Shown here one piece after another: positions 10,900 through 24,300 of a DNA stretch of 64,000 nt. Under the pieces are notes generated by a model. The model had not been told where the DNA came from and searched no databases. It saw only the letters and a list, made by a program, of their open reading frames with translations. This stretch comes from Chiloscyllium plagiosum (taxonomy: Eukaryota): NCBI RefSeq assembly GCF_004010195.1, contig NC_057718.1, positions 70,515,025 through 70,579,024 on the forward strand, read 5' to 3'. The position numbers and the translations under genes are program-made. Each line of letters begins with the position of its first letter. The stretch's first letter is position 1.

Positions 10900-13800
10900 G
10901 ATTGGTAAGGTAACGGGTTTGCTTTTATTTTTTCAATAGCCTCTGTGGAAATTCAGAATAGTGGGAATGGAGGTTAAGGCAGTTGAATGTTCCTCCTGCA
11001 GAATGTGAGGGGTAAGGGTCACTCCTAGTAACCCTGCTGACTTCATTTGTGGGAAGTGCACCCAACTCCAGATTCTCAAATAGGGTTGGGGAACTGGAGC
11101 TGGATGAACTTTGGATCATTCGGGAGGCAGAAGGGAGTTGTAGGGAGGTAGTCACACCTAGAGTACAAGAAAAAGGCAGACTGTCAGGAGACAGAAAGGG
11201 AAATGACAGACATTGAGGGGAATGGCCAGAGGATCCCTGCAGTAACAAGTATACCATTTTGGGTACTGTTTGGGGGAGGAGGGGTGGTGGGGGTTGGGTG
11301 CTGACTTGCCTGTGGAAAGTCATGGTGGTACAGGTCTATGGCAAAGAGTCTGTCCCTGTTATTCAGAAGTGGGGGTGGGGGAGCAGAACATTTTAGTCAT
11401 TGGGGACTCCATAGTTAGAAGTTCTGTGGGAAGAGAGAGACTCTCGGTTGGTATGTTGTCTCACCGGGTTCTTGATGTCTCTATTCATGTTTTCGGGATC
11501 CTTAGGGGGAGGGGAGTTAGCCCCAAGTCGTATTCCAAGTAGGTACTAATGACATAGGTAAGAAAAGGATGGGGATTTCAGGCAGAAATTCAGAGCTAGG
11601 GTAGAAGCTTAAAGCTGGAACAAAGTTGTTATCTCTGGTTTGTTACCTGTGCCACATGCTAGCAAGGTGAGGAATAGAAAGAGAGATGGAATACTGCAGG
11701 AGGGAGGGTTTTAGATACCTGGATAGTGGGGGCTCCTTCTGGGGTAGTTTGGACCTCCTATAAACAGGATGATCTATTCCTGAACCAGAGGGGTACCAAT
11801 ATCCAGGGTGGAAACTTGCTTATGCTCTTTTGAGAGGGTTTAAACTAATTTAGATTAGATTCCCTACATGTATGGAAACAGGCCCTTAGGTCCAACAAGT
11901 CCACACTAACCCTCCAAAGAGTAACCCATCCAGATCCATTCTCCTACCCTATATTTACCCCTGACTAATGTACCTGACACTGTGGGTGATTTTAGCATGG
12001 CCAATTCACCTGACCTGCACATCTTTGGATTGTGGGAGGAAACCCACGCAGACACTGGGAGAATGTGCAAACTCCACCTCCCAGGTTAACCAGTGAGGCA
12101 CCATGCTGCCCACCAGGGCGATGTGAATCTAACCCATAGTGCCAATATCCAGGAGTTTGAGAGTTGTGATGTCAGAAATAAGGTGGTTTCAAGGTCACCA
12201 GACTGCATCAGCAAGCTGGAAGGTGATTTGAAGTGTGTCTACTTCAATGCCAGGAGCATCCAGAATTAAGGTGGGTGAACATGCAGCATGTGTGAGTACG
12301 TGGGACTTCAATTGTGTGGCCATTTCAGAGACATGGATAGAGCAGGGACAGGAATGATTGCTGCAGGTTCTAGGATTTAGATTTTTCAGTAAGAACAGAG
12401 AAGATAGTAAAAGAGATGGTGAGGTGTGGACCGTGGCAGAATGGATGTTTTGAGGCCTTGTCTACGGAAGTATGGGCTGAGGTTAGAAATAGGAAAGGAG
12501 AGGTCACTCTGGGAGTTTTCTATAGGCCTCTGAATAGTTCGCGAGATGTAGAGGAAAGGATAGCAAAGATGACTGTGGATAGGAGCAAGAGTAACCTGGT
12601 AGTTATGGGAGACTTCAACTAACTTCCCCAATATTGACTGGAATACTATAGTTTGAGTACTTTAGATTGGACAAAAAACGGACCCATGTGTGCAGGAGGG
12701 TTTTCTGACATACACAGGCCAACAAGGGATGAGGCCACATTCGACTTAGTACTGGGTAATGAACCCGGCCAAGTGTGAGATTTTGGAGGTAGATGAGCAC
12801 TTTGGTGATAGTGACCACAATGTTTACTTTAGTGATGGAAAGGGATAGGTATATACTGCAGGGCAAGAGTTATTGCTGGGGAAAAAGGCAATTATATCAT
12901 TAGGCAAGATTTAGGATGGGGAAGGAAACTACAGGGGATGAGCTCAATTGAAATGTGTAGTTTTATTCAAGGAACAGCTACTGCGGGTCCTTAAGTATGT
13001 ACCTGTCGAGCACGGAAGCTTTGGCTTACTAAAGAAGTTGAATGTCTTGTCAAGAGGAAGAAGGCGTATGAGATGAGACATGAAGGCTCAGTTAGGGTGC
13101 TTGAGAGTTGCACATTAGCCAGAAAAGACCTAAAGAGTGCTAAGAATAGCCAGGAGGAGAGATGAGAAATCATTGGCAGGTAGGATCAAGGAAAACCCGA
13201 AAGCTTTATAGAAGTATGTCAGGATTAAAAGAATGGCCCTAATCTTTTCTGTAGTTAATCAAGGATAGTAGTGGGAAGTTGTGCGTGGAATCTGAAGAAA
13301 TAGGGGAAGTGCTAAATGAATGTCTTCAGTGTGAATACTGACAAAAGCCAGAGAATACTGGGATACAGGCAACGCGTCTAGATGGGATTGAGGCTCACAA
13401 GCAGGTGTTAGCAATTCTGGAAAGTGTGAAAATAAGCCCCTGTGCCAGACTGGATTTGTCCTAGGATTCTCTGGGAAGTCAGGGAGGAGATTATATAGCC
13501 TTTAGCTTTGATCTTTGTTGTCATTGTTGACAGGAATAATGCCAGAAGACTGGAGGATAGGCAATGTTGTCCACTTGTTCAAGGAGGAGAGTAGGGACAA
13601 CCCTGGTAATTATAGACCAGTGAGCCTTACTTCGGTTGTGGGTAAAGTGTTGGGTAAAGAGAGGATTTATAATCATCTAGAGAGGAATAAGTTGATTAGG
13701 GATAGACAATACGGTTTTGTGAAGAGTACGTCATGCCTTAAACCTTTATTGGGTTCTTTGAGAAGGTGCCCAAATAGGTGGATGAGGGTAAAGCGGTTGA

Positions 13801-14955
13801 TGTGATGTATATGGATTTCAACAGTAAGGCATTTGATAAGGTTTCCCATCGTAGGCTATTACACAAAATATGAAGGCAAGGGATTGAGGGTGATTTAGCA
13901 GTTTGGATGAGAAATTGGCTAGCTGAAAGAAGTCAGGGTGGTGGTTGATGGGAAATGTTTATCCTGGAGTTCAGTTACTAGTGTATACCACAAGGATCTT
14001 TTTTGGGGTCCACTGCTATTTTGTCTTTTTTTTTAATCAATGATCTGGATGAGTGTGTAGAAGGATGGATTAGTAAATTTGCAGGTGAAACCTAAGCTCA
14101 GTGGAGTTGTGGATTATACTGAAGGTGCAAATTACAGAGGGACATGGATAAGCTGCAGAGCTGGGCTGAGGGGTGGCAAATGGAGTTTAATTGTGGAAAA
14201 GTGAGGTGATTCACTTTGGAAGAAGTAACAGGAATGCAGAGTATTGGGCTAATGGTAAGATTCTTGGTAGTGTAGGTGAGCAGAGAGATCTTGGTGTTCA
14301 TGTACGTAGATCCTTGAAAATTGCGACCCAGGTTGATAGGGTTGTTAAGAAGGCATAAGGTGTATTAGCTTTTATTGGTAGAGGGATTGAATTTTCGTGC
14401 CATGAGATCACGCTGTAGCTGTACAAAACTCTGGTGCAGCCGCACTTGAAGTATTGTGTACAGTTCTGGTCACCGCTTTATAATAAGGATGTGGAAGCTT
14501 TGGAAAGGCTTCAGAGGAGATTTAACAGGATGTTGCCTGGTATGGAGGGAAGGTCTTATGCGGAAGGGCTGAGGTACCTGAGGTTGTTTTTGTTCGAGAG
14601 AAGTGACTTAATTGAGACATAAGGTAACCGGGAGTTCGAGGAGGTAGATAGCGAGAGCCTTTTTCCTCTGATCATGATGGCTAGAATGAGGCGACCTAGA
14701 TTTAACTTGAAGGGTGATAGGTATAGGACAGATGTCAGAGGGAGTTTCTTTACTCAGTAGTAGGGGTGTGGAAGCCATAGTCGCAACAGTAGACTCTCCA
14801 ACTTTAAAGGCATTTAAATGGTCATTGGATAAACGTGGATGAAAATAGAATAATGTAGGATAGATGGGCTTCAGATTGCAGACCTGTAGAACTACAACAT
14901 CCAGGGCCGAAGGGCCTGTACTGTGCTGTAATATTCTATAATGTTCTATGTTCTA
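10900..14955 (+). mobile_element. Near full-length decayed CR1 LINE (ORF1 Zn-finger/SGNH esterase, ORF2 APE-RT), interrupted by a SINE
   Basis: CSSCRM/FICGKC, ILVIGDSIVR, GVFYRP..VVMGDFN, PGNYRPVSLTSVVGK, YCVQFWSP; (ttctatg)n-type tail at 14934-14955; many frameshifts and stops. Confidence 0.9.
11851..12112 (-). mobile_element. HE1-like V-SINE nested in CR1
   Basis: Similar to 4703-4993; tagattagatt tail. Confidence 0.8.
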
Positions 14956-14989
14956 ACCGGAGAAGTGAGCCGAGAAGTGAGCTGAGAAA

Positions 14990-15580
14990 TGGCACGTGGA
15001 ATTGAATATAGATAAGTGTAGCTGTTGCATTTTGGAAAGTCAAATGCAGGTGGGAGTTTCTGGTAGGGCATTAAGGAGTGTAGTGGAATAGAAAGACCTT
15101 TTGGTGTTCAGGTACACATTTCTCTGAAAGTGGAGTCACAGACAAGGCAGTGAAGGCAGCTTTTGGCACACTGGCCTTCAGCCAGGACACTGAGTATAGA
15201 AGTTGGGAATTTGTTGCAGTAATACAGAATGTTGGTGTTCAGTTTTGATCGCTTTGCTATAGAAAGGATGTTACTAAACTGGAAAGAATGCAGAAGAAAT
15301 TTACAAGGATGTTGCCAGGGCTCGACAATCTGAGGTTGAAGTTGGTCAAGCGAACATTACTTTTCTTTTAAAGCCTAGGAGACTGAGGGGAGGATCTTTT
15401 TATTAGTGGCAGATAAGATCATGAGGTATGGATAGGGTGATTGCACTTATTAACCACCCGACCCCACACTCAACACTGCACTCTGTCTTTTCCCCCAGGT
15501 TGGGGAGCCAAGGGGGAGGGGAAAATACATGGGAACCTGAGGGACAAGTATTTTTAAGCAGGATGGTATCCAAGTGGAAT
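14990..15580 (+). mobile_element. CR1 LINE 3' fragment
   Basis: Homologous to the CR1 ORF2 C-terminal region (ttgcattttggaaag...aaagtggagtcacag...tttacaaggatgttgccagg). Confidence 0.7.
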
Positions 15581-15583
15581 GAG

Positions 15584-16016
15584 TAGGTGAAAGTGAGGAC
15601 TCTAGATCCTGGAGATTTAGAGTCAAGGTTAGTGTGGTGCTGGAAATGCATAGGTCAGGCAGCATCAGAGGAATAGAAAAATTGACATTTCGGGCAGGAG
15701 CACTTCATCAGGAATGAGGCTGGAAGCCTCTGAGGTAGAGAGATAAATGGAGGGGTGGGGCTGGGGAGAAGGTAGCTGGGAGTGCAATATAGCTGGATGG
15801 AAGAAGGGGTAAAGCTGATAGGTCGGAAAGGAGGGTGGAGCGGATAGGTGGGACATGTCATGAGGATGGTGCTGAGCTGGAAGTTTGGAACTGGGGTAAG
15901 GTGTGGGGAGGGGAAATGATGCCCTGGGGTTGAAGGGTCCTGAGGTGGAAGCGCTTTTGCCCGAAATGTCGAGTCTCTGGACTCTAATCTCCAGCATCTG
16001 CGGTCCTCACCTTTTG
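15584..16016. mobile_element. PLE insertion with element 3' termini at both ends (inverted); minus-strand hammerhead remnant at 15684-15711
   Basis: aaagtgaggact...ggagat at the left end, atctccagcatctgcggtcctcacctttt at the right end; body is the reverse complement of 1780-2100. Confidence 0.75.
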
Positions 16017-16159
16017 CCCTGTTTAGGTGCATTAGTCAGGAGTAAATATAAGGTATGGGAATGGGTCTGGGTAGGTTATTCTTCGGAGGGTTGGTGTGAA
16101 CTTGTTGGGCTGAAGGAAGTGTTTCCATACTGTAGGGAATCTAATCTAAACCTCACTTG

Positions 16160-16750
16160 ATACTAAACTACCCTGGTTCCTGTTTAATTATAGGACCACC
16201 CCTCAAGGGAATGGTGGTGGTTCAGCTGTTTGAAATGGCAGCAGGAGCACCTGTGCAGGCCATGTGCTTCAGAGTTGGTGCTAGAACCAAGGAAATGGCC
16301 CAGTATGGGTATAATGCGTGATCAAGTTCTGGTAGTTGAGGTAGTCTTGAGCAAACATATAGATCATCTGAAAGCTGCTGCTGCACAAACAGAGCAGGAG
16401 CAAAACATTCCTGACCCCTCTAAACAGCCAGAAAAGCTGTCCAAAACCATGGGTTCACACCACCTCTTATCTTGCATAGAAGAAACCTCTAGAGGCTGAA
16501 ATGGATGCAGCCTCGATTTGCTCAAGCGCATGCTTGCTAAACGTGTCCCAGGACACACTGAGAGAGAGCAGGCCTATATCTCAGGCTTTGGCAGGTCAGG
16601 ATGTAATGATTGGAACCAGGGCCATGTGAATCTCATTGACTGAGACCCTTGATTTTGACTCAGGTTAACATCCCCAATTGGGGAGCCCTGCCTGCTAGAA
16701 ACAGGAGGTGCAGAGGGTTGTCTCATTCTAGGGAATTCTGGGTAATCCAA
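16160..16750 (+). mobile_element. Gypsy/Ty3 relic: integrase C-terminal region followed by partial 3' LTR (from ~16602)
   Basis: Peptide remnants WC*NQGNGPVW and VVLSKHIDHLKA. tgtaatgattg start is shared with the putative solo LTR at 59505-59709. Confidence 0.55.
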
Positions 16751-19673
16751 GACAGAGGATGGAGAAAAATTTCTGACTAACAGGCAATTTCTTTTGAGGT
16801 ATTTTAGGTGTTTGAGGTGGTTTTCTCTAATTCCAGGAGCAGCAATTACTGTTTTGTATACTATTGTATTGCATTGTTTTGGAACTTTTGGAGGAAAAAA
16901 AAGTCAAAACAACAGCACTTGTAAAAGGGAGAGGCACAGACAAAAGCAGCACATGGTCAATCAGTGCACGGGAGAGAGAGAGAGAAAGAAACCCACATTG
17001 CTTCCTGACACAGCTGTGAACCTGCACAGTTACTACCTTTTTTGCTCTTTTGAATTAATGTGTTGCTGGACAACTGAGTGTCTGGGAAAATTTAACAACA
17101 TGAAATTCTTAACTGATCTTGGAGGAACCTGTTTGGGAGAGGTGACAGCACAAAACCAGATGTGAATAGTTTGGTATGGTCTTAAAGTCTGCAGTAGTGA
17201 GTAGAATGGGTTCTTTCTTGATTATGTTTTATGGAGGTATCTCATGGCAATTTTAAGTTAGCCTGGAGCAGTGTTTTGTAGAGGAATAAGACAGTGCTAT
17301 TTTCTGTGTCTATAGATTGAAAGAAGCAAAAGTGGCCTTTAGTAGAGTGATTTGCTTTTGTATGATGTGGGAGTTTCGAGAGTTTGTGATACTAAGGATT
17401 ATATCTGCATAAATGCCGTTGGTTGAGAATCCTATCAGATCGAATGGATTGGTTGGAGAGACTGAGAGAAGCAATGAGGAATTTACAAGAGCAAGGGGGT
17501 GTGATGGATAGTGGTTATAGGAAGGGAGAAAAGCTGCAGATACAGTCACCCAGGTAGATTAACTCCAAAAAAGGTAAGAGGTAGGCAGGTAGTGCAGACA
17601 TCTTCTGTTGTTATACCCATTTCAAACAAGTATGTTGTGCTGGAAAATGTGATGGTTTCTCCGGGGAATGTAGCATGAACAGCCAAGTTTCTGGTATCAA
17701 GACTGGCTCTAATGCAATGCGGGGTATGTCGGGTTCAAAGAGATTAATTGCATTAGGGGACTGTCGTCTGAGACACAGATGTTTCTGTGGCCAGCAGCGA
17801 AAGATAAGAATGGTGCGTTGTCTCCCTGGTGCCAGGATTAAGGATGTCTGAGGGTGCAGAATGCCTTCAAAAGAGGAGGGGGCTCAGCAGGTGGTCACTG
17901 TATACCTTGGAACCAATGAAGGGGAAAGGATTAGATTCTGAAGGGCGACTATAGTGTTAGGCAGGAATTTTAAAAAGGTCTTCCAATTTGGATTACTCCT
18001 GGTGCTGCAAGCTAGTGAAGGTAGGAATAGGAGGATAGAGCAGATAAATGCCTGGCTGAGGAGCTGGTGTATGGGAGAAGGATTCAATTTTTGGATCATT
18101 GGAATCTGTTCTGGGGTAGAACTGACCTGTACAAGAAGGACAGATTGCATCTGAATTGGAAGGAGACTAATATACTGGCAAAGAGATTAGCTGGAGCTGT
18201 TCAGGAGGGCTTAAACTAGTAAGGCGGTGGGGGGTGGGACCCAAGGAGATAGTGAGGGAAGAGATTAATCTGAGACTGGTACATTTTCAGAAAGGAATAG
18301 TGAAACCGTCGACTGGTACATTTTCAGAAAGGAATAGAGTGAAACCGTCTGGGCAAGCAGGGACAGAGCAGATAACAAGGTAGGATTGATGAATTAAACT
18401 GCATTTATTTCAATGCAAGAGACCTAATTGGGAAGGAAGATGAACTCAGGGCATAGTTAGAACATTGGGACTGAGATATCATAGCAATTACAGAATGTGG
18501 CTCAGGAATGGACAGGACTGGCAGCTTAATGTTCCAGGATATAAATGCTCCAAGAAGGACTGAAAGGGGACAAGAGCGGAAGGGAAGTGGTGTTTTTGAT
18601 CAGGGATACCATTACGACTGTACTGAGGGAGAATATTCCTGGTAATACATCCAGGGAAGTTATTTGAGTGGAAGTGAGATACATAGGGATGATCACCTTT
18701 ATTGGGATTGTATCGTAGACCCCCCTAATAGTCAGCAGGAAATTGAGAAACAAATTTGAGGAGATCTGTTATCTGTAAGAATAATAGGATGGTTATGGTG
18801 GAGGATTCTCTACCTCTATGGTAGAGGACAGAGAGAGAGAGAGATTTTAGTTTTAGAATAGCGATTAGAAAAGGATGGACCAGATCTAAATGTTGACGTT
18901 CTAAATTGGAGGAAGGCTAATTTTGATGGTATTAGGCAAGAACTTTCGAAAGCTGATTGGGGGCAGATGTTCACAGGTAAAGGGACGACTGGAAAATGGG
19001 TAGCCTTCAGGCATGACATAACGAGAGTCCAGAGAAAGTATATTCCTGTTAGGGTGAAAGGAAAGGCTGGTAGGTGTCGGGAATGCTGGATGACTAAAGA
19101 AATTAAGGGTTTGGTTAAGAAAAAGGAGTCCTTTTAAAGTATAAAGGTGGTAAGAGTATACTCTAGGGAATTCAGGAGAGCAAAAAGGGGACATGAGATA
19201 GCTTTGGCAAATAGGGTTAAGGAGAATCCAAAGGGTTTTTACAAATACATTAAAGACAAACTGGTGAATAGGGCTCCTCAAAGATCAGCAAGGCGTCCTT
19301 TGTGTGGAGCTGCAGGAGATACTAAACAAGTATTTTGCATCAGTGTTTTCTGTGAAGGACATGAAAACATAGAATGGAGGGAAATAGATGGTGACATCTT
19401 GGGGGAAAAAAATGTCCAGTATTACAGAAGAGGAGATGATGGATGTCTTGAAATTCTTAAGTGGATAAATCCCCAGAACCTGATCAGGCATACCCTAGAA
19501 CTCTGTGGGAAGCTCGGGTAGTGATTAGGCTCCTTGCTGAGATATTTGTATCATCGATAGTCACAAGTGAAGTGCCAGAATACTGGAGGTTGGCTAATGT
19601 GATGCCACTATTTCAGCAAGGTGGTAAGCATAAACCAGGGAATTGTAGACCAGTGAGCCTGATGTCAGTGGTG

Positions 19674-19813
19674 AGAAAGTGAGGTCTACAGATGCTGGAG
19701 ATCAGAGCTGGAAATGTGTTGCTGGAAAAGCGCAGCAGGTCAGGCAGCATCCAGGGAACAGGAGAATCGACGTTTCGGGTATAAGCCCTTCTTCAGGAAG
19801 GTCAGTGGCAAAG
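19674..19813 (-). mobile_element. Short PLE terminal-repeat insertion with hammerhead core (19769-19796, minus)
   Basis: Reverse complement reads CTGAAGA-A-GGGC-TTAT-ACCC-GAAACGTC. gtcagtggtg at 19664-19673 and 19814-19823. Confidence 0.8.
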
Positions 19814-21004
19814 GTCAGTGGTGGGCAAATTGTTAGAGGGAATCCTGAAGGACAGGGTTAGGGATAGTCGTCATGGCTTTGAGTGGGAAATCATGTCAAG
19901 AGGATTGATATGGGCAGAGCAGTAGACTTATCTATATGGACTTCAGTAAGGTGTTTGACAAGGGTACCCATGAGAGACTGGTTAGAAAGGTTAAATCTCA
20001 TTGAATACAGGGAGAGCTAGCCATTTGGATACAGAACTGGCTTGAAGGTAGAAGACAGAGGGTGGAGGATTGTCTTTCAGACTGGAGGCCTGTGACCAGT
20101 GAAGTGCCACAAGAATCGGTGTTGGGTCCACTACTTTTCGTTATTTATACAAATGACTTGGATGTGAGCATAAGAGTTATAGTTAGTAAGTTTGCAGATG
20201 ACACCAAAATTGGAGGTATGGTGGACAGCAAAGAAGGTTACCTCTGATTACGATGGGATCTTAATCAAATGGGCCAATTGACTGAGTGGCAGATGGAGTT
20301 TAATTTAGATATTCATGAGGTGCTGCATTTTGGGAAAGCAAATCTTAGCAGGACTTATACACTTAATGGTAAGGTCCTGGGGAGTGTTGCTGAACAAAGA
20401 GACCTTGGAGTGCAGGTTCATAGCTCCTTGAAAGTGGAGTCACAGGTAGATTGCAAACACTCTTCACTATCCTATCCTATCCTATGCTTTCCTTTATCAG
20501 TCAGAGTTTTGAGTACAGGCGTTTGGGTGGTCATGTGGCTGTACAGGACATTGGTTAGGCCACCGTTGGAATATTGCGTGCAATTATGGTCGTCTTTCTA
20601 TCAGAAAGATGTTGTGAAACTTGGAAGGGTTCAGAAAAGATTTACAAGGATTTTGCCAGAGTTGGAGGATTTGAGCTACAGGGAGAAGTGAAAGGCGGAG
20701 CTGTTTTTCCCTGGACCGTCAGGCTGAGGGCTGACCTCCTAGAGGTTTATAAAAACACCAAAGGGCATGGAGTGGGGAGTCCAGAACTAGAGGGCATAGG
20801 TTTAGAGTGAGGGGAAAGATATGAGCGACCCAAAGGGGCAACGTTTTCACTCAGGGTGGTACGTGTATGGAATGAGCTGCCAGGGGAAGTGTTGGAGGCT
20901 AGTACAATTGCAACACTTATAAGGCATCTGGATGGGTATATCAATAAGAATGTTTTGGAGAGATATGCGACGGGTGCTGGCAGATGGGTTGGGATATTTG
21001 GTCG

Positions 21005-21089
21005 AAACTTTATTGCTGGAACAGCACAGCAGGTCAGGCAGCATTCAGGGAACAGGAGATTCGAGGTTTCGGGCACAGGCCCTTCTTCA
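21005..21089 (-). mobile_element. 85-bp PLE terminal-repeat insertion starting at the hammerhead CUGAAGA, perfect 14-bp TSD
   Basis: gggatatttggtcg at 20991-21004 and 21090-21103. Confidence 0.85.
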
Positions 21090-21209
21090 GGGATATTTGG
21101 TCGGCATGGACGAGCTGAACTGAAGGGTCTGTTTCCATGCAGTTTCTGACTCTATATACGTTTCAAAGCCTACCCAATAAAGTCACTTTGGGATTACCCA
21201 ATTTTTTTT

Positions 21210-21480
21210 CAGTTGTGGGATGAATATGTCACTGGCCGGGCAGTATTACTGCTCAATGCCCAATCACCTGTTGCTGTAGGTCTAGAGTCACCTGTAGACC
21301 GGGCCAAGGATGGCAGCATTCTCCACTAAAGGAAATTAATGAACCAATGGATTCATTGTCATCATATGACTCTTAATTGAATTTTTTAAAAATCTAAATT
21401 CAGTTCCATTATGTGCTGTGGCAGGATTCAAACCCACGTCTCCAGCACTTTATCTAGGTTAACAGTCCAGTGATAATGGC
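21210..21480 (-). mobile_element. Old DeuSINE/SacSINE1-like element
   Basis: ggccaaggatggcagcattctccactaaagg...aatgaacca and B-box-like caggattcaaaccc; reverse complement resembles 29440-29620 and 9130-9250. Confidence 0.5.
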
Positions 21481-21496
21481 CTCCCTTATATTGTTC

Positions 21497-21528
<32 letters not shown>
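21497..21528. repeat. (TG)n(TA)n microsatellite
   Basis: Seen directly. Confidence 0.9.
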
Positions 21529-21896
21529 GATTATCTGGTTTTTTTTTTAAAAGTTTCACATGGAACATTTGAAGCATTGAGCAGAATTATTAAATTGACT
21601 TCAGGTGGCAGACTTGGTGATTTCATTAAAAACCCAAATCTTGTACCTGGGCAATATCATTGGACATGGACAGGATGGTCCCACAGGATGTGAAAAGACA
21701 AGTTACTGGGGGGTTTCTCATACTGCTGATTAAGAGGGAAATACTACCATAACTGGTATGAGTGTTTATTGTTTTGACTTTGAGCAGTGAGGTTGCTGCA
21801 CTGCTCTGAAGTGCAGAAAAGTTTAGTGGACAGGAGTGTCAGAAGATATTTGGCAACCTGAAAGCTGTGATGACCACTGCTCTAATGTTAGCAACA

Positions 21897-23200
21897 ATGG
21901 AATCTAGGGAGAGCTAGCCACTTGGATACAAAAATCTCTCCAAGATTGGAGACAGGATGGTAGCAGAAAGTTGTCTTTTTTTTTCAGTCGCGGGCCTGTG
22001 ACCCAGCGATGGTCAATCAGGATTGGTGTTGGGTCTACTGCTCTGTCAATTAAATGTGTAATTTGGATGTGAATACAGGAGGAATGTTAATAAGTTTGCA
22101 GGTGACACCAAAATTGGAGTTACCTCCAAAAGAGGTTATCTCATAGCCCTTTGATCAAATGGGCCAATGAGCTTGGAGTGCCAGACACCGTTTAATTTTG
22201 AATGTGAGGTGCTGCATTCTGGAAAGACAAACCCAGGGTAGGGCTTACACCTTTTTTTTAATGGTAAGGTCCTGAAAGTGTTGTCTAACAGAGTTAATGA
22301 TTGAAGTTGGAGTTACAGATGGGATAATGAAGACAATATTTGGTACCCTTGCCTTTGTCAGTGTGGCATGCAGGAATTGGGAGGTTATGTTGTGGCAGTA
22401 CAGAACATTGGTTAGGCCACTTTTGGAATAAATGTATAATTTCTGGCCTCCCTGCTATGGAAGCATGTTGTGAAACTTGAAAGGGTTCAGAAAAGATGTT
22501 GCCAGGGTTGGAAGATTTGAGCTATAGGAATAGGCTAGGGCTATTTTCCCTGGAAGGTTGGAGGCTGAGCAATGACCTTTGATCTTTTTTAATAGAGGCT
22601 TATAAAATCTTGAGGGGGCATGGCTAGAATGAATAGCCAAGGTCTCGTCTCTTTCCACACAACACCACCTCCTCCCGTCCCCTCCCCGTTCCCCCACTGC
22701 AGGGTAGAGGAGACCAAAATGAGAGACATAGAGCTTGTGACTCTGTTTGACACTGTCTCGTTTTGGTCTCCTCTTCCCTGGGGGAAAACAAAAAGACCTT
22801 GGCTATTCATTCTATGCGTGCCCCCCCATTCTTTTTATAAAAAGATCATCCCTCAGCCTCTAATGTTCTAGGCGAAATAGCCCCAGCCTATCCCTATAGC
22901 TCAAACCCTCCTTTTAAATCTTTCTCCTCCACCTTTGAAAAGGGATACAAGGTGTCCCTCTTTTTTTCCAAAGGGCAGTGCCCGTATGGAGTAAATCGGC
23001 AGAGGAAGTGGGGGAGGCTTGTACAATCAAACCTTTTTTTTTAAAAAGGCATCTGAATATGGGTATATTAATAGGAAAGGTTTAGAGGGATATGGCCAGA
23101 TGCTAGTAAATGGGACTCGATTTAATTTAAGATACCTTGTTTGCATGGAATAGCTGAATTGAAAGGGGTCAATTCTATGCTGTACAAGTCCATGACTCTG
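21897..23200 (+). mobile_element. CR1 3' fragment inserted in the Gypsy pol, with internal inverted duplication
   Basis: CR1 RT C-terminal homology; ~22755-22910 is the reverse complement of ~22510-22725. Confidence 0.8.
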
Positions 23201-24088
23201 GCTCTTAACTATGCAAGGCAGTTCAAAGTGACGATCGATGTGAGTGACGTATATGTCAGTGATGTACTTCTATGAGAAGATAGAGACCTATTCAACAAAC
23301 ACAATATTACACCATTTGACAGACCTTGCATTTGATGTTGGTGTTGCAGAATTTCAACATTACTGGCAACATATGTATCTGAGACAAATTTAGATACTGA
23401 TCATAACCTGTTAACATTTTGGAAAAAATTAAAAATAAAATACCAGACTCTCTAGTGTTTGTTATACCATTCAATTTGAAAATTTAAACATGTGGCAGGA
23501 CAAGAGAAGTGTAATTGCTGAGATGTCACTACTTTTGAAGGAAGCAGGTGTTCAGTAACTGAGGAAATTGACTCTGGACTGTAGTATTGAATGTTTGCAT
23601 GCTTCAGTTTGGTGAAATACATCTATATTGGTTCTAAGAGAGTGAGACTGGAGGCTTTGAAAATGAAGTTATCTTTTCTTTACTGGAATTCTTTTTAGCA
23701 GGGTAAGTTGTGACCGTCGGTGCCTTTTTAAGGATTTGTTCCATCCTATTTCTCCTTGAGGGGTATTTTTCAAACTGGTGCCACAATTTCTATTCCATTG
23801 AAAGCAGAAGAAATAGCTTTTGGGTTTTGTTTTTAAATTTTAGACCAAAGAAGCATGATTTGGGTCAAGTCGGACTCTTCCAGACCCAGGGTTTTAGTTT
23901 GGCTTTTATTTGAAGTTGGGGTTTTGAGGTTGGAGTTGCTAGTTTGCGCTCTCGAGCGATTCATTCTTTTGGGGTTTTGTTTCTCTTTAGACTGGAAGAG
24001 ATAGCAAGTGAGCAAATCGGTTAGCTGAATTTGCTTTTGTCAAGGGTCTGTTTTATTGGATGCTACTGTATTGAAACAGTTGAGTAGC

Positions 24089-24300
24089 ATAGTGAGCCCT
24101 GTATCCACAGAATCGTTTTCCACAGTTTGTTACCTGTGGTTTGCTGCAGCCCAATCATCTTATAGGGAACCTTCAAGAACCAGGAGGCTGCCGGAAGATA
24201 AATTTCCCACGAAACGAATGGGTTCACTCCTATCTGCGGTTTCGGGATTTTGCAGTAGGTCATAGAATGTATCCCCTGCAGGTATGGGGGATCTACTGTA
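24089..24300. mobile_element. Tigger/pogo-type MITE (MER44/Tigger7-like ends) inside the LTR
   Basis: ttttccacagtttgttacctgtggtt near the left end and gaatgtatcccctgcaggtatgggggatctactgTA at the right end; second copy at 63095-63308. Confidence 0.65.

Larger units (their letters stand above)
16760..21155 (+). mobile_element. Near full-length decayed CR1 LINE with two nested PLE pieces
   Basis: NRRIEQINAWLRSWC (ORF1), KENPKGFYKYIK, DKSPEPDQAYPR, VPQESVLGPLLFVIY..KFADDTK, VRVWNELP. Confidence 0.9.
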
